A stretch of 64,000 bases of DNA from Flavobacterium sp. (GCF_046073885.1 NZ_JBJTND010000021.1:14869-78868); one strand, 5' to 3'. Shown: positions 39,994 through 49,742, numbered from the stretch's first letter. Notes: a model not told the origin generated them from the sequence alone. Numbers and translations are program-made.

Positions 39994-42264
39994 ATGTTTA
40001 AAAAAATAACTTTACTATTTGTTGGTCTAGTAAGTTTGGCAACTAGTGCACAAACTTCCATTTCAATAATACCAAAGCCCAATTCCTTAGTATTAAAAAA
40101 AGAGACACCTTTTTTGTTAACGAGTGCTACAGTAGTGGTAGCGCCAAAAGATAATTTGGAAGCGCGGTATCTCAAAGAAATACTAAAAATACAATTTGGT
40201 ATCGATGTGTCAATAAGTGTGCTTTCTTCCAAATCAAATAATGCCATCGAATTGGTGTTGAATCCTGAGCTAAACAGTGATCCGGATGCGTATCAAATTG
40301 AAAGTAATTCCAAAATAATTCATATTGAAGCGGCTACTTCTGAAGGCCTTTTTTACGGAATTCAAACTTTGAATCAGTTGCTGAATAAAAACGCAAAGGG
40401 TAATTTACAGGTTACTGCGGTTTCAATTAAAGACCAGCCCAAATTGAAATGGCGTGGCATGCATTTGGATGTAGCCCGACATTTTTTTCCAAAATCGGAT
40501 ATCAAGAATTACATAGATTATCTTGCCTTGTATAAAATGAATGTGTTTCATTGGCATTTAACCGATGATCAAGGATGGCGCATTGAAATAAAAAAATACC
40601 CAAAACTTACCTCAAGTGGTGCCTTTCGAAAAGAATCGATGGTTGGGCATTACAACGAGCAACGATTTGACGGAAAACCTTACGGTGGTTTTTACACCCA
40701 AGAAGATATTAAAGAAATTGTGGCCTACGCCAAACAAAGACATATAACGGTTGTTCCCGAAATCGAAATGCCTGGGCATGCCATGGCCGCATTGGCTGCA
40801 TATCCTGAGTATTCTTGCACAGGCGGACCTTTTGAGGTGGCTACAAAATGGGGTGTTTTTGATGATGTGTTTTGTCCAACCGATGCGACTTTTGCTTTTT
40901 TAAGAGATGTTTTAGACGAAGTTCTACCTTTATTTCCATCCGAATACATTCATATTGGTGGGGATGAATGTCCTAAAACCAGATGGAAGCAATGTACAAA
41001 ATGCCAGGCATTAATTCAAAGAGAAGGCTTAAAAGACGAACACGAATTACAAAGTTATTTTATATCCCAAATCGAAAAACACATAAATTCAAATGGAAAA
41101 AAAATAATTGGTTGGGATGAAATTCTTGAGGGTGGGCTTGCGCCAAATGCTGCTGTGATGAGTTGGCGAGGAACCGAAGACGGAATTGCTGCAGCCAAAG
41201 CAAGTCATTATGTGGTGATGAGTCCGGGGTCGCATTGTTATTTTGATCATTATCAAGGGGAACAAAAAACTGAACCTCTGGCGATAGGCGGTTATACTCC
41301 TTTGGAGAAAGTGTATGAATTTAATCCCATTCCAGCAGAATTAAATGAAGAAGAAAGCAAGTTCATACTGGGTGCTCAAGGAAATGTGTGGAGCGAATAT
41401 ATGGATGATTTTTCTAAAGTAGAATATATGGCAATGCCAAGAATGGCGGCTCTAGCTGAAGTGTTATGGGGCAAAGACGCTACTTCTAATTATTCGGAAT
41501 TTAAAGAACGATTACTCAAGCATTTTACTCTTTTAGATAAAATGAAGGTCAATTACAGCAAGGCCTTGTTTGAGGTTAAAGCAACGGTTAGAGCAACTGA
41601 AAATAATTCATTACAAGTGCGATTAATACCGGCGAATCCTACTTTTAAGTTGTTTTACACTTTAGATGGAACTCCGCCTACAAGTCGATCGTTGCTGTAT
41701 TCACAACCCATTAGCATTACAAAAAATACTGTACTTAAAGCTGCAAGTTTTGAAGGTGCGGTTCAAAAAAGCGCTATTTTAGAACAAAAATTTGATATCC
41801 ATTTGGCAACTGGAGCTTCGGTTACATTAGAGCAAGAACCGAGCAATTCCTACAAAGCTAATGGCGCATTTAGTTTGGTTGACGGTATATATGGAGATCG
41901 CGGAAAATTTGGACGAGACTGGCTTGGTTTTTCCGGTAAGGATGTTTTGGCAACTATTGATTTAGGCGCAGTAAAAAGCATACATACCCTACTAATTGAT
42001 GTGCTGTCAAGTTCAGCAAGTTGGATTTATTACCCAAAACAGATTACGATTTCCTATTCTGAAAATGGAACCGATTATTACGATGAACAAACCATTTCTG
42101 GCCAAGAAATAGAAGATTTTAAAGGTTTTGTAAAGGTTGGTGTTTCTCGTGCGTCCGCAAGGTATATAAAAGTAAGTGCAATCAATCAAGGTATAATTCA
42201 AGAAGGAAATCCTGGTGCAGGAGAACCGGCTTGGTTGTTTATCGATGAAATAAAAGTAGAATAA
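39994..42264 (+). CDS. GH20 beta-N-acetylhexosaminidase with C-terminal F5/8 type C (discoidin-like) domain
   Basis: Signal peptide. HWHLTDDQGWR and HIGGDE (catalytic D-E) motifs. 756 aa. Confidence 0.92.
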   Translation: MFKKITLLFVGLVSLATSAQTSISIIPKPNSLVLKKETPFLLTSATVVVAPKDNLEARYLKEILKIQFGIDVSISVLSSKSNNAIELVLNPELNSDPDAYQIESNSKIIHIEAATSEGLFYGIQTLNQLLNKNAKGNLQVTAVSIKDQPKLKWRGMHLDVARHFFPKSDIKNYIDYLALYKMNVFHWHLTDDQGWRIEIKKYPKLTSSGAFRKESMVGHYNEQRFDGKPYGGFYTQEDIKEIVAYAKQRHITVVPEIEMPGHAMAALAAYPEYSCTGGPFEVATKWGVFDDVFCPTDATFAFLRDVLDEVLPLFPSEYIHIGGDECPKTRWKQCTKCQALIQREGLKDEHELQSYFISQIEKHINSNGKKIIGWDEILEGGLAPNAAVMSWRGTEDGIAAAKASHYVVMSPGSHCYFDHYQGEQKTEPLAIGGYTPLEKVYEFNPIPAELNEEESKFILGAQGNVWSEYMDDFSKVEYMAMPRMAALAEVLWGKDATSNYSEFKERLLKHFTLLDKMKVNYSKALFEVKATVRATENNSLQVRLIPANPTFKLFYTLDGTPPTSRSLLYSQPISITKNTVLKAASFEGAVQKSAILEQKFDIHLATGASVTLEQEPSNSYKANGAFSLVDGIYGDRGKFGRDWLGFSGKDVLATIDLGAVKSIHTLLIDVLSSSASWIYYPKQITISYSENGTDYYDEQTISGQEIEDFKGFVKVGVSRASARYIKVSAINQGIIQEGNPGAGEPAWLFIDEIKVE

Positions 42265-43250
42265 TGAAAACAAGAAGAGATTTTCTTAAAACCGCTGCGG
42301 TTGCAGGCGCTGGACTCGCTTTTACCGGAGTGAAAGCAGATACGAAACATACTTTACCAAACAAAATCAATAAACCAATCGTTTTGTCTACTTGGCGTTT
42401 CGGAATTGAAGCCAATGTTGCAGCATGGGAAGTTTTGAGTCAAAATGGACGCGCTTTGGATGCGGTGGAAGCAGGTGTTAAAATCCCAGAAGGAGATCCA
42501 AAAGAGCGAAGTGTGGGTTATGGTGGTCGACCAGATCGTGACGGTCGCGTGACTCTTGATGCGTGCATCATGGATGAATTGGCCAATATTGGTTCGGTGG
42601 CTTGTTTGGAGCACATCAAACACCCCATTTCGGTGGCTCGTGCGGTTATGGAAAAAACACCTCATGTGATGTTGGTAGGGGAAGGAGCTTTAGATTTTGC
42701 ATTGACTCAAGGATTTAAAAAAGAGAATTTATTAGTGCCCGATTCCGAAAAGGAATGGAAAGAATGGCTTAAAAAATCAGAATATTCGCCGAAGGCTAAT
42801 ATCGAAAACCACGATACCATTGGCATGATTGCTATGGATGTCAACGGAAATTTATCTGGGGCTTGTACCACTAGCGGAATGGCTTTTAAAATGCACGGAC
42901 GCGTGGGCGATTCTCCAATAATTGGTGCCGGATTGTATGTAGATAATGAGATAGGAGCAGCAACCGCAACAGGCCACGGAGAAGAAGTAATTCGTATTGC
43001 AGGAGCCCATTTGGTAGTCGAATTGATGCGACAAGGGAAATCGCCACAGCAAGCCTGCGAGGAGGCGGTGCAACGAATTATTAAGTTAACGAAGTTGCGA
43101 AATAAAAACCTTATTGATATTCAAGTGGGATTTATTGCCTTAAATAAAGCCGGTGAATACGGTTCATATTGCATTCAAGGCGGATTTAATTATGCCGTTT
43201 ATGATGCAACCGGAAATAGATTAATTGACGCACCATTTTATTTAAAATAG
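42264..43250 (+). CDS. Glycosylasparaginase, N4-(beta-N-acetylglucosaminyl)-L-asparaginase (Ntn hydrolase)
   Basis: Twin-arginine signal (TRRDFLK). HDTIGMIA autoproteolytic/nucleophile Thr site. The start overlaps the GH20 stop (TAATG). Confidence 0.9.
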   Translation: MKTRRDFLKTAAVAGAGLAFTGVKADTKHTLPNKINKPIVLSTWRFGIEANVAAWEVLSQNGRALDAVEAGVKIPEGDPKERSVGYGGRPDRDGRVTLDACIMDELANIGSVACLEHIKHPISVARAVMEKTPHVMLVGEGALDFALTQGFKKENLLVPDSEKEWKEWLKKSEYSPKANIENHDTIGMIAMDVNGNLSGACTTSGMAFKMHGRVGDSPIIGAGLYVDNEIGAATATGHGEEVIRIAGAHLVVELMRQGKSPQQACEEAVQRIIKLTKLRNKNLIDIQVGFIALNKAGEYGSYCIQGGFNYAVYDATGNRLIDAPFYLK

Positions 43251-43254
43251 AATT

Positions 43255-43926
43255 ATGAAATTGGAAGTTGCTTGTTTTAATTTGGAATCGGTGGCGGTAG
43301 TTGCACAAAGCAATGCCGATCGAGTGGAATTTTGTGCCGAATTTAATTTGGGTGGAACAACCCCAAGTTATGCAGATACCCAAAAAGCAAGACGTTTATT
43401 TTCAAAAGAATTGTTGGTAATGATTCGTCCTCGTGGCGGCGATTTCAATTATTCGGAAAAGGAATTTGAAGCAATGAAACAATCCATTTTAGAATTAAAA
43501 GATACCGGAATTGAAGGTTTTGTTTTCGGAATTCTAACTCAAAATAACACCATTGACGTTCAAAGAAACTCCGAATTGGTTGCTTTGGCGAGCCCGTTAC
43601 CGTGCAGTTTTCACAGGGCTATTGATCATATCGATGATTATTTGAAAGCAATAAAAACCTGTATTGAAATGGGTTTCAAAACTATTTTGACTTCCGGAAA
43701 TGCATCCAAAATTGAACTCGGAATGGACGCGGTGAGAGAGGCGATCATTCAATTTGGAAATCAAATTCAAATGATGCCAGGTGGCGGATTACGATCTACC
43801 AACGCTTTAAAAATTAAAGAAATAACTCAAGCTGGCTATTTTCATACTTCAGGTATTGTAGATGATTCTGAAATTGCAAATCTTATCGAAATTAATACAC
43901 TCAAAGACGTAATTTCCAATGTGTAG
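43255..43926 (+). CDS. cutC: CutC family protein (TIM barrel)
   Basis: 223 aa. MKLEVACFNLES N-terminus and MIRPRGGDF motif typical of CutC. Confidence 0.85.
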   Translation: MKLEVACFNLESVAVVAQSNADRVEFCAEFNLGGTTPSYADTQKARRLFSKELLVMIRPRGGDFNYSEKEFEAMKQSILELKDTGIEGFVFGILTQNNTIDVQRNSELVALASPLPCSFHRAIDHIDDYLKAIKTCIEMGFKTILTSGNASKIELGMDAVREAIIQFGNQIQMMPGGGLRSTNALKIKEITQAGYFHTSGIVDDSEIANLIEINTLKDVISNV

Positions 43927-46414
43927 AAAGTGGTTGTTGATTTTGATTTTGGTTTTCAATTCTTTTTTTGGGTGGACCCAAAATTGGGAGCGATCCCTTT
44001 CTAAAGAACAATGGAAATTCCAAAAATTTTCAGACAACCAATGGAGTAAAGCCCAAGTTCCCGGAACGGCGCATACCGATTTACTTTTGAATAAGTACAT
44101 TCAAGATCCATTTTATGGGACAAATGAAAAAGATTTGCAATGGATTGAAGAGCAATATTGGGTGTACCAAACCCAATTTAATGTGACCAAAAAAGAATTG
44201 TCGGCACAAAATAAAGAACTTTTATTTTATGGTTTGGATACCGATGCTAAGGTTTATCTTAATGATACTTTGGTTTTGGAGGCGAACAATATGTTCCGAA
44301 CTTGGCGCGTTCCGGTTCAGGAATTTCTTCTTCAAGGGAAGAATACTTTGAGAGTTGAATTTGAATCTTCGGCAGTAAAAGCCAAAAAAGCCGCTGCATT
44401 GGCTCCTTTTGTTTTACCTGGTGATGAAAAAGTGTATGTAAGAAAAGCACCGTATCAATTTGGTTGGGATTGGGGACCCCGATTTGTAACAGCAGGAATT
44501 TGGAAAGATGTAAAACTGCGTTTTTGGAATGAGGCTCAATTGGAATCGGTTTCCTATTCGCAGGAAAAACTAACCGATAAAATTGCCAATTTAAAAATCA
44601 AAACAACGATTATATGTGAGCGATCTGGCGTTTATTCGTTACAAATTAATCGCAAAAAACAAACGGTAACACTTAAAAAAGGAATTCAAATTATTGAAAT
44701 ACCATACCAAATTTCGAATCCTAAAAAATGGTGGCCTAACGGACTCGGAGCGCCAAATTTATATCCTTTTACGATTCAACTTCGAAAGAAAGAAACCGTG
44801 TTGGATGAAAAGAAATTGCAAATAGGGCTTCGAACCATTGAATTGGTTCAAGATAAAGATTCAGTTGGGAAGAGTTTTTATTTTAGAGTGAATGGCAAAA
44901 ATGTATTTATGAAAGGAGCCAATTACATTCCGCCTGAATCGTTTTTAACCAAAATGACACCAAAAAAATATGAAAATCTAATTGATACCGCCGTTAAATC
45001 AAACATGAATATGCTGCGCGTGTGGGGTGGTGGAGTGTATGAAAATGATGTTTTTTATTCGTTATGCGACCAAAAAGGAATTTTAGTTTGGCAAGATTTT
45101 ATGTTTGCTTGTGCGTTGTTTCCGGGTGATGAAGCCTTTGTTTCTAATGTGAAGCAAGAAGTCAAAGACCAAGTGGTTCGTTTGCAAAATCATCCGTGTA
45201 TTGCGCTGTGGTGTGGAAATAACGAAGTGGACGAAGGTTGGAAGAATTGGGGATGGCAGAAACAATACCGCTATTCTGAAAAAGATTCTACCACCATTTG
45301 GAACAACTATAAGCGCCTATTTGAAAAGGAAATTCCGTCAGTTTTAGATTCTTTAGTTTCAAAAGAAAACAACAGATATTGGCCTTCTTCGCCTTCTATT
45401 GGCTGGGGAAGAAAAGAAAGTCTTATGCAAGGCGATTCCCATTATTGGGGCGTTTGGTGGGGTATGGAGCCTTTAGAGAATTACACGAAAAAAGTGGGTC
45501 GCTTTATGAGCGAATACGGTTTTCAAGGAATGCCCGATTACAAAACTTTTGAAACCTTTGCTAAGCCTTCCGAAATGAGTACTACTTCGGAGGCCGTAAA
45601 AGCGCATCAAAAACACCCAACAGGTTATGAAACGATTCAAACCTATATGGAGCGCGATTATAAAGTTCCGACCGCTTTTGAGGATTATATCTATGTTTCT
45701 CAATTATTGCAAGCTAGAGGTATGAAAATGGCTATTGAGGCCCATCGATCGGCGATGCCGTATTGTATGGGAAGTTTGTATTGGCAACTTAATGATTGTT
45801 GGCCGGTTACTTCTTGGAGCAGCCTAGATTATTTCGGCCGTTGGAAAGCGGCGCAATACCAGGTAAAACGCTCTTTTGCACCCAAAATAATTGTGTTTAA
45901 AGCAAATACCAATTCTGAAACTTCTGAACTAAATTCCATTAAACTTCAAATTTGTTTTGATGGCCTTACGGCAGAAAACGGAATTGTAAACCTACGATTA
46001 TTAGATTTTGACGGAACCGAATTATGGAAAACAACCAAGTCGATTTTGGTGCAACCCAACTCGGTAACGACTGCAGTTGCGCTTGTATCTTCTGAAATTC
46101 CTGATATTAAACTTTGGAATCGTTGCTTACTTCAAGCCGACTATGTCAATGCAAAAGGGGAGAAGACCACTGGAACTTATTATTTTGTTTCTCCAAAAGA
46201 ACTACTCCTTAAAAAACCGACAATCACTTATAAATTCATTGACAAAAATCACATCGAACTTACTTCAAACACCTTGGCAAAAGACGTTTGTATTCAAGGA
46301 AACGGAATGGAATTGGAAGACAATTATTTTGATTTAGTGCCCAATGTAAAACACATTGTTGCTTTTAAAGGCAAGAAAGGGGTTTTGAAGATTATGTGTT
46401 TGAATGGGATGTAA
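43919..46414 (+). CDS. GH2 beta-mannosidase
   Basis: 831 aa. GH2 sugar-binding/Ig/TIM architecture with a WCGNNE acid/base region and resemblance to the beta-mannosidase subfamily. Overlaps cutC by 8 nt. Confidence 0.85.
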   Translation: MCRKWLLILILVFNSFFGWTQNWERSLSKEQWKFQKFSDNQWSKAQVPGTAHTDLLLNKYIQDPFYGTNEKDLQWIEEQYWVYQTQFNVTKKELSAQNKELLFYGLDTDAKVYLNDTLVLEANNMFRTWRVPVQEFLLQGKNTLRVEFESSAVKAKKAAALAPFVLPGDEKVYVRKAPYQFGWDWGPRFVTAGIWKDVKLRFWNEAQLESVSYSQEKLTDKIANLKIKTTIICERSGVYSLQINRKKQTVTLKKGIQIIEIPYQISNPKKWWPNGLGAPNLYPFTIQLRKKETVLDEKKLQIGLRTIELVQDKDSVGKSFYFRVNGKNVFMKGANYIPPESFLTKMTPKKYENLIDTAVKSNMNMLRVWGGGVYENDVFYSLCDQKGILVWQDFMFACALFPGDEAFVSNVKQEVKDQVVRLQNHPCIALWCGNNEVDEGWKNWGWQKQYRYSEKDSTTIWNNYKRLFEKEIPSVLDSLVSKENNRYWPSSPSIGWGRKESLMQGDSHYWGVWWGMEPLENYTKKVGRFMSEYGFQGMPDYKTFETFAKPSEMSTTSEAVKAHQKHPTGYETIQTYMERDYKVPTAFEDYIYVSQLLQARGMKMAIEAHRSAMPYCMGSLYWQLNDCWPVTSWSSLDYFGRWKAAQYQVKRSFAPKIIVFKANTNSETSELNSIKLQICFDGLTAENGIVNLRLLDFDGTELWKTTKSILVQPNSVTTAVALVSSEIPDIKLWNRCLLQADYVNAKGEKTTGTYYFVSPKELLLKKPTITYKFIDKNHIELTSNTLAKDVCIQGNGMELEDNYFDLVPNVKHIVAFKGKKGVLKIMCLNGM

Positions 46415-46517
46415 TCTAAAATTTTTCTTTAAGTAATGGTTTTTATTTGTTAATGAATAGAAAATGAATCGATTAGTTATCAGTAATGAAAATAAATATT
46501 TTTTTGTTTAAAATCTA

Positions 46518-46548
46518 TTTGGAAAACTAAAAAAGGTTAGTATATTTG
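46518..46548 (+). promoter_or_regulatory. Candidate Bacteroidota sigma-A promoter for tRNA-Ser
   Basis: TTTG (46518-46521), a 19-nt spacer, then TATATTTG (46541-46548). The tRNA 5' end is 21 nt downstream. Confidence 0.55.
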
Positions 46549-46568
46549 CAACCGCTAACGGCAAAACT

Positions 46569-46653
46569 GGAGAAATGGCAGAGTGGTCGAATGCGGCAGT
46601 CTTGAAAACTGTTGACTGTAACAGGTCCGGGGGTTCGAATCCCTCTTTCTCCG
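46569..46653 (+). tRNA. tRNA-Ser (anticodon TGA)
   Basis: Acceptor stem GGAGAAA/TTTCTCC, anticodon loop CT-TGA-AA, long class II variable arm, GGTTCGAATCC T-loop, discriminator G. CCA is not encoded. Confidence 0.93.
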
Positions 46654-46692
46654 CGAAAAACGTGTTTCAAAAGAAACATAAAATTTCAAAAA

Positions 46693-46718
46693 CCCTTTAA
46701 ACATCAGTGTTTGAAGGG
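46693..46718 (+). terminator. tRNA-Ser terminator supplied by island A
   Basis: CCCTTTAAACA-TCAG-TGTTTGAAGGG hairpin plus a T6 run. Duplicated at about 50058-50083. Confidence 0.75.
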
Positions 46719-46766
46719 TTTTTTAGTTTTTGATAATATGTCAAAATACACATAAAAACGCATAAT

Positions 46767-46820
46767 TTAGTTACCCTATTGGTTACCCTATTGGGTTTTA
46801 GGGCAAAATAGGGTAACTAA
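46767..46820. promoter_or_regulatory. Three GTTACCCTATT motifs (two direct, one inverted): candidate integrase arm-type or regulator sites
   Basis: TTAGTTACCCTATT (46767-46780), GGTTACCCTATT (46781-46792), and the inverted AATAGGGTAACTAA (46807-46820). They lie about 80-130 bp upstream of the integrase ATG. Confidence 0.45.
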
Positions 46821-46900
46821 ATCCTCGATTTCCTTAGTAAATATAAGGGCTAACGCGATTTTTAACTTTTGTTTGGACCATTAATTTTAATACGAAAACT

Positions 46901-48124
46901 ATGGTAAAAACAATGATTTACATCAAAAAAGACAAGGTAAAAAACAGCGGAGAATGCCCTATTTACATTAAAATCCTTTTTAAGCAAAAATCTGTAACTA
47001 TTAGCACTGGTAAATACATATCGGAAGAGCGCTGGATAGAGACCGATAATTTAAGACGTAAGCTTAGAGTTGAAAGGGAAAAAGTACTTAAAGAGTACTT
47101 GGATTTGTATGTTTTAAAAATTGAAAAAGTATACAATCAAATTGTAAAATATGAAGAGGATATCCGTATATCTGAGTTCAAGTTAATGATTTTAGGTAAG
47201 CATAAAGATGATGTTATACCTACTCTATTAGAATTAATTGATAAGCACAATGACTATTTTGCAAAATTGGTTGCTGTTGGCGAACGCTCAAAAGCTTCCT
47301 TACAGAAGTACATGCGAGTAAAAGACTTAATTCAAACATTCAATTCCAAAAAAAATGGGTTCAAAGATATCCAGATTGATAAAGTGAACAGCCGCTATAT
47401 TTATAACCTTGAATCCTTTTTAAAGTTCGAAAGTGAATATAAAGGCAAATTAGGGATTAAAAATAATTCAACGGTAAAGTATTTCAAAAACCTAAAAACG
47501 ATCTGTAATTACGCTGTAAAGATGGAATTAATAGAGAAAAACCCATTCAATCTATACGGAGGTAAAATAAAAGAAGTAGAAGCCTGCTTTTTGACTGAAG
47601 AAGAATTGGAACGAATTGAAAACAAAGATTTCAAGATTGATCGATTGGAGCGAGTAAAAGATTTGTTTTTGTTTAGTTGCTACACTGGCTATGCTCCAGT
47701 GGATGTATTAAAACTTACACGAAAAAATATTATTCAAGATGCTAATAAAAACTTATGGATAAAAACCAACCGTCAAAAGACTGATTCAAGATCAAACGTG
47801 CCACTTTTACCACAAGCAATTCGTATAATTAATAAATACCAATTTGAATCGGAGACCTTATTGCCTAAAATTTCCAATCAAAAGATGAATGCTTATTTAA
47901 AAGAAATTGCTGAAATAGTTGGCTTGGATAAGAACCTTACTTGGTATGTTTCCAGACATACTTTCGCTACAACCGTTACCTTAGGAAATGGAATTAAAAT
48001 TGAGAATGTATCAGCAATGCTAGGACATAAAACCATAAGGCAAACCCAGCATTATGCCAAAATTCTAGATTCGAGTGTTTCGGAAGACATGCAAAAATTA
48101 ATGGAAAAATTTCGTGATAAATAG
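46901..48124 (+). CDS. Site-specific tyrosine recombinase (Bacteroidota phage-integrase family)
   Basis: 407 aa. N-terminal arm-binding-type domain and a C-terminal catalytic region with SRHTFAT, LGH and HY (Tyr nucleophile). Adjacent to a tRNA gene. Confidence 0.9.
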   Translation: MVKTMIYIKKDKVKNSGECPIYIKILFKQKSVTISTGKYISEERWIETDNLRRKLRVEREKVLKEYLDLYVLKIEKVYNQIVKYEEDIRISEFKLMILGKHKDDVIPTLLELIDKHNDYFAKLVAVGERSKASLQKYMRVKDLIQTFNSKKNGFKDIQIDKVNSRYIYNLESFLKFESEYKGKLGIKNNSTVKYFKNLKTICNYAVKMELIEKNPFNLYGGKIKEVEACFLTEEELERIENKDFKIDRLERVKDLFLFSCYTGYAPVDVLKLTRKNIIQDANKNLWIKTNRQKTDSRSNVPLLPQAIRIINKYQFESETLLPKISNQKMNAYLKEIAEIVGLDKNLTWYVSRHTFATTVTLGNGIKIENVSAMLGHKTIRQTQHYAKILDSSVSEDMQKLMEKFRDK

Positions 48125-48170
48125 AATTTCATATTAACTAAATTCTGGAAAAAATTGCTAAAAACAGGGC

Positions 48171-48204
48171 TATAGTGGAAAATTACATGCTATTTTCCAC
48201 TATA
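48171..48204. terminator. Hairpin between the convergent integrase and hipT-like genes
   Basis: TATAGTGGAAAA ... TTTTCCACTATA, a 12-bp perfect stem with a 10-nt loop. Confidence 0.6.
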
Positions 48205-48269
48205 AACTAATTTATTAGAAATGAAAAAACATATATCAAAATATTTAAAGCAAAATTTAAGCAATTTAC

Positions 48270-49208
48270 TTATTCCAAAAAATTACTATATCGGGTTTCT
48301 AACAATTCTATATAATTCTTCTTCATCATTTCAGATAAAAATGATTTGCCAATCCAATCAATTGCATGCTGTTTGTTCTTTAAAAATCTTTTGAAAACTC
48401 CTTTTATTTGCTTTTCATTTAATTCTAATCGAGTTCCAAATTTTATAAAATCTTCTAATTTTAGTTTATTTTTTTTAGATTCAATTGTTAATGCTAATTC
48501 CTCTTTATCATCAGGATTAACAATTGCAACATTTAATAAGTCATAAGCAGGTGCCAATAACCAACCTGATGTTGTTAATATCATCGAAAAGTTTTTTAGA
48601 TGCATATCATTATTACCAGTTAAATAACAGAATAAGGTTAATTCAAATAAAAACAATTTATCCAAAATCGGATTTTCGGAATAGCTATGAAGCGCTTTTC
48701 CTACTTTTTCCATCGAACTTTTATACTTATCAAAAGCTTCTGTAATTTGAAACATATCTATCATATGAATTTTAGTTCCATCTGCCGCCCTATCAATACG
48801 TTTGGTAATATATGAAAGTTCTCCTGATGCTAAACGAACTAAACTACTTTGCACTACTTTAATTCCAAAAGATTCTGCAATTCTCATTGTTACATGTTCA
48901 TTCTCTGGCATTTCAACAAAATCACTATTGGGTGGTTTAAAAATATAATTACCCCCTAACGCTCCAACAATAGTTAATCTTTCGTCGGTTTTTTCAAATT
49001 TATCTTTTACAATAGACATGGATAGTTTTGGTTGCACACCTGGAACAGCAACACTTCTTTCCACTACATTTTTTGCCAAATCGGTCATTTGATTTAAAGC
49101 GTATGGAAGTAATGGAGGATTTTTCAATCCAAAGAAATCTAGACTACATTTTTCATGAAAATCTGCACCAGTTTCAACTACTTTGTAACAGTATAAACAT
49201 TTATTCAT
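48270..49208 (-). CDS. HipT-like Ser/Thr kinase toxin (HipA C-terminal kinase core only)
   Basis: GVQPKLSMS Gly-rich loop region and GNNDMHLKNFS catalytic loop (D-x-H-x-K-N). N-terminal CLYCYK...FHEKC motif. Alternative ATG starts exist at 49211, 49217 and 49235. Confidence 0.82.
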   Translation of the reverse strand: MNKCLYCYKVVETGADFHEKCSLDFFGLKNPPLLPYALNQMTDLAKNVVERSVAVPGVQPKLSMSIVKDKFEKTDERLTIVGALGGNYIFKPPNSDFVEMPENEHVTMRIAESFGIKVVQSSLVRLASGELSYITKRIDRAADGTKIHMIDMFQITEAFDKYKSSMEKVGKALHSYSENPILDKLFLFELTLFCYLTGNNDMHLKNFSMILTTSGWLLAPAYDLLNVAIVNPDDKEELALTIESKKNKLKLEDFIKFGTRLELNEKQIKGVFKRFLKNKQHAIDWIGKSFLSEMMKKNYIELLETRYSNFLE

Positions 49209-49536
49209 CATTTTCATTTTTAATTGGAACAACACTCACAGCTCCAATACAATTTTGACAACAAGACAATAGCAATCCCATTCTATCATTGGGGTTAAGT
49301 TTCCAATTTTTAACTACTATATCTAATAACCAGCCTTCGGGAATTAATCCATCAAAAAAAGGGAATAACCTATTATTAATAAATTCTTTTGAAGTTACCG
49401 GCATTGTGAATGTAATAAAATCTTTCGGATGATTTTTAATGTAGGATTCTAAATACTTAAACACATACTCCCCATCATTAGTTTCTGTTAAAACTCCAGC
49501 CAAAATTGATTTATAAAAAATATTTGCTTGTCTCAT
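49201..49536 (-). CDS. HipS-like protein (stand-alone HipA N-terminal subdomain)
   Basis: 111 aa. FFDGLIPEGW and NCIGAVSV motifs of the HipA N-terminal (couple_hipA) domain. ATGA overlap with the upstream HTH gene and 8-nt overlap with the kinase gene. Confidence 0.8.
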   Translation of the reverse strand: MRQANIFYKSILAGVLTETNDGEYVFKYLESYIKNHPKDFITFTMPVTSKEFINNRLFPFFDGLIPEGWLLDIVVKNWKLNPNDRMGLLLSCCQNCIGAVSVVPIKNENDE

Positions 49537-49742
49537 TTCGTCTTTTCTAATATTTTTACTGGCACTAATTCATGACCAAACATTTTTAAAACCAAGTTCA
49601 CTTTATCAAGGTTCATATTTGTCTTTCCTTGCTCTATCTTTCTTATCACAGTGAGTGCAACGCCAATTCGTTCTGCAAACTCTTCTTGAGTCAGGTTCAC
49701 TTCTTTTCTTCGTTCTTTAACAAAATCTGATAACGCTTTCAT
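49533..49742 (-). CDS. HipB-like XRE-family HTH protein
   Basis: 69 aa. LTQEEFAERIGVALTVIRKIEQGK helix-turn-helix. First gene of the three-gene operon. Confidence 0.8.
   Translation of the reverse strand: MKALSDFVKERRKEVNLTQEEFAERIGVALTVIRKIEQGKTNMNLDKVNLVLKMFGHELVPVKILEKTK

Larger units (their letters stand above)
46644..46870 (+). repeat. Long direct repeat, copy 1 (tRNA 3' core plus terminator plus integrase-proximal arm)
   Basis: Aligns by eye with 50011-50226 at roughly nine in ten positions, with one ~10-bp indel. Confidence 0.85.

Noticed and set aside
48270-49536. hipS-like and hipT-like ORFs considered as one frameshifted full-length hipA pseudogene
   Set aside because: The domain order is right for a split. 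However, the upstream ORF ends with a clean stop and overlaps a plausible ATG of the kinase ORF. The kinase ORF has its own distinct Cys-rich N-terminus. The ATGA and 8-nt overlaps look like deliberate translational coupling, matching the known three-gene HipBST layout.
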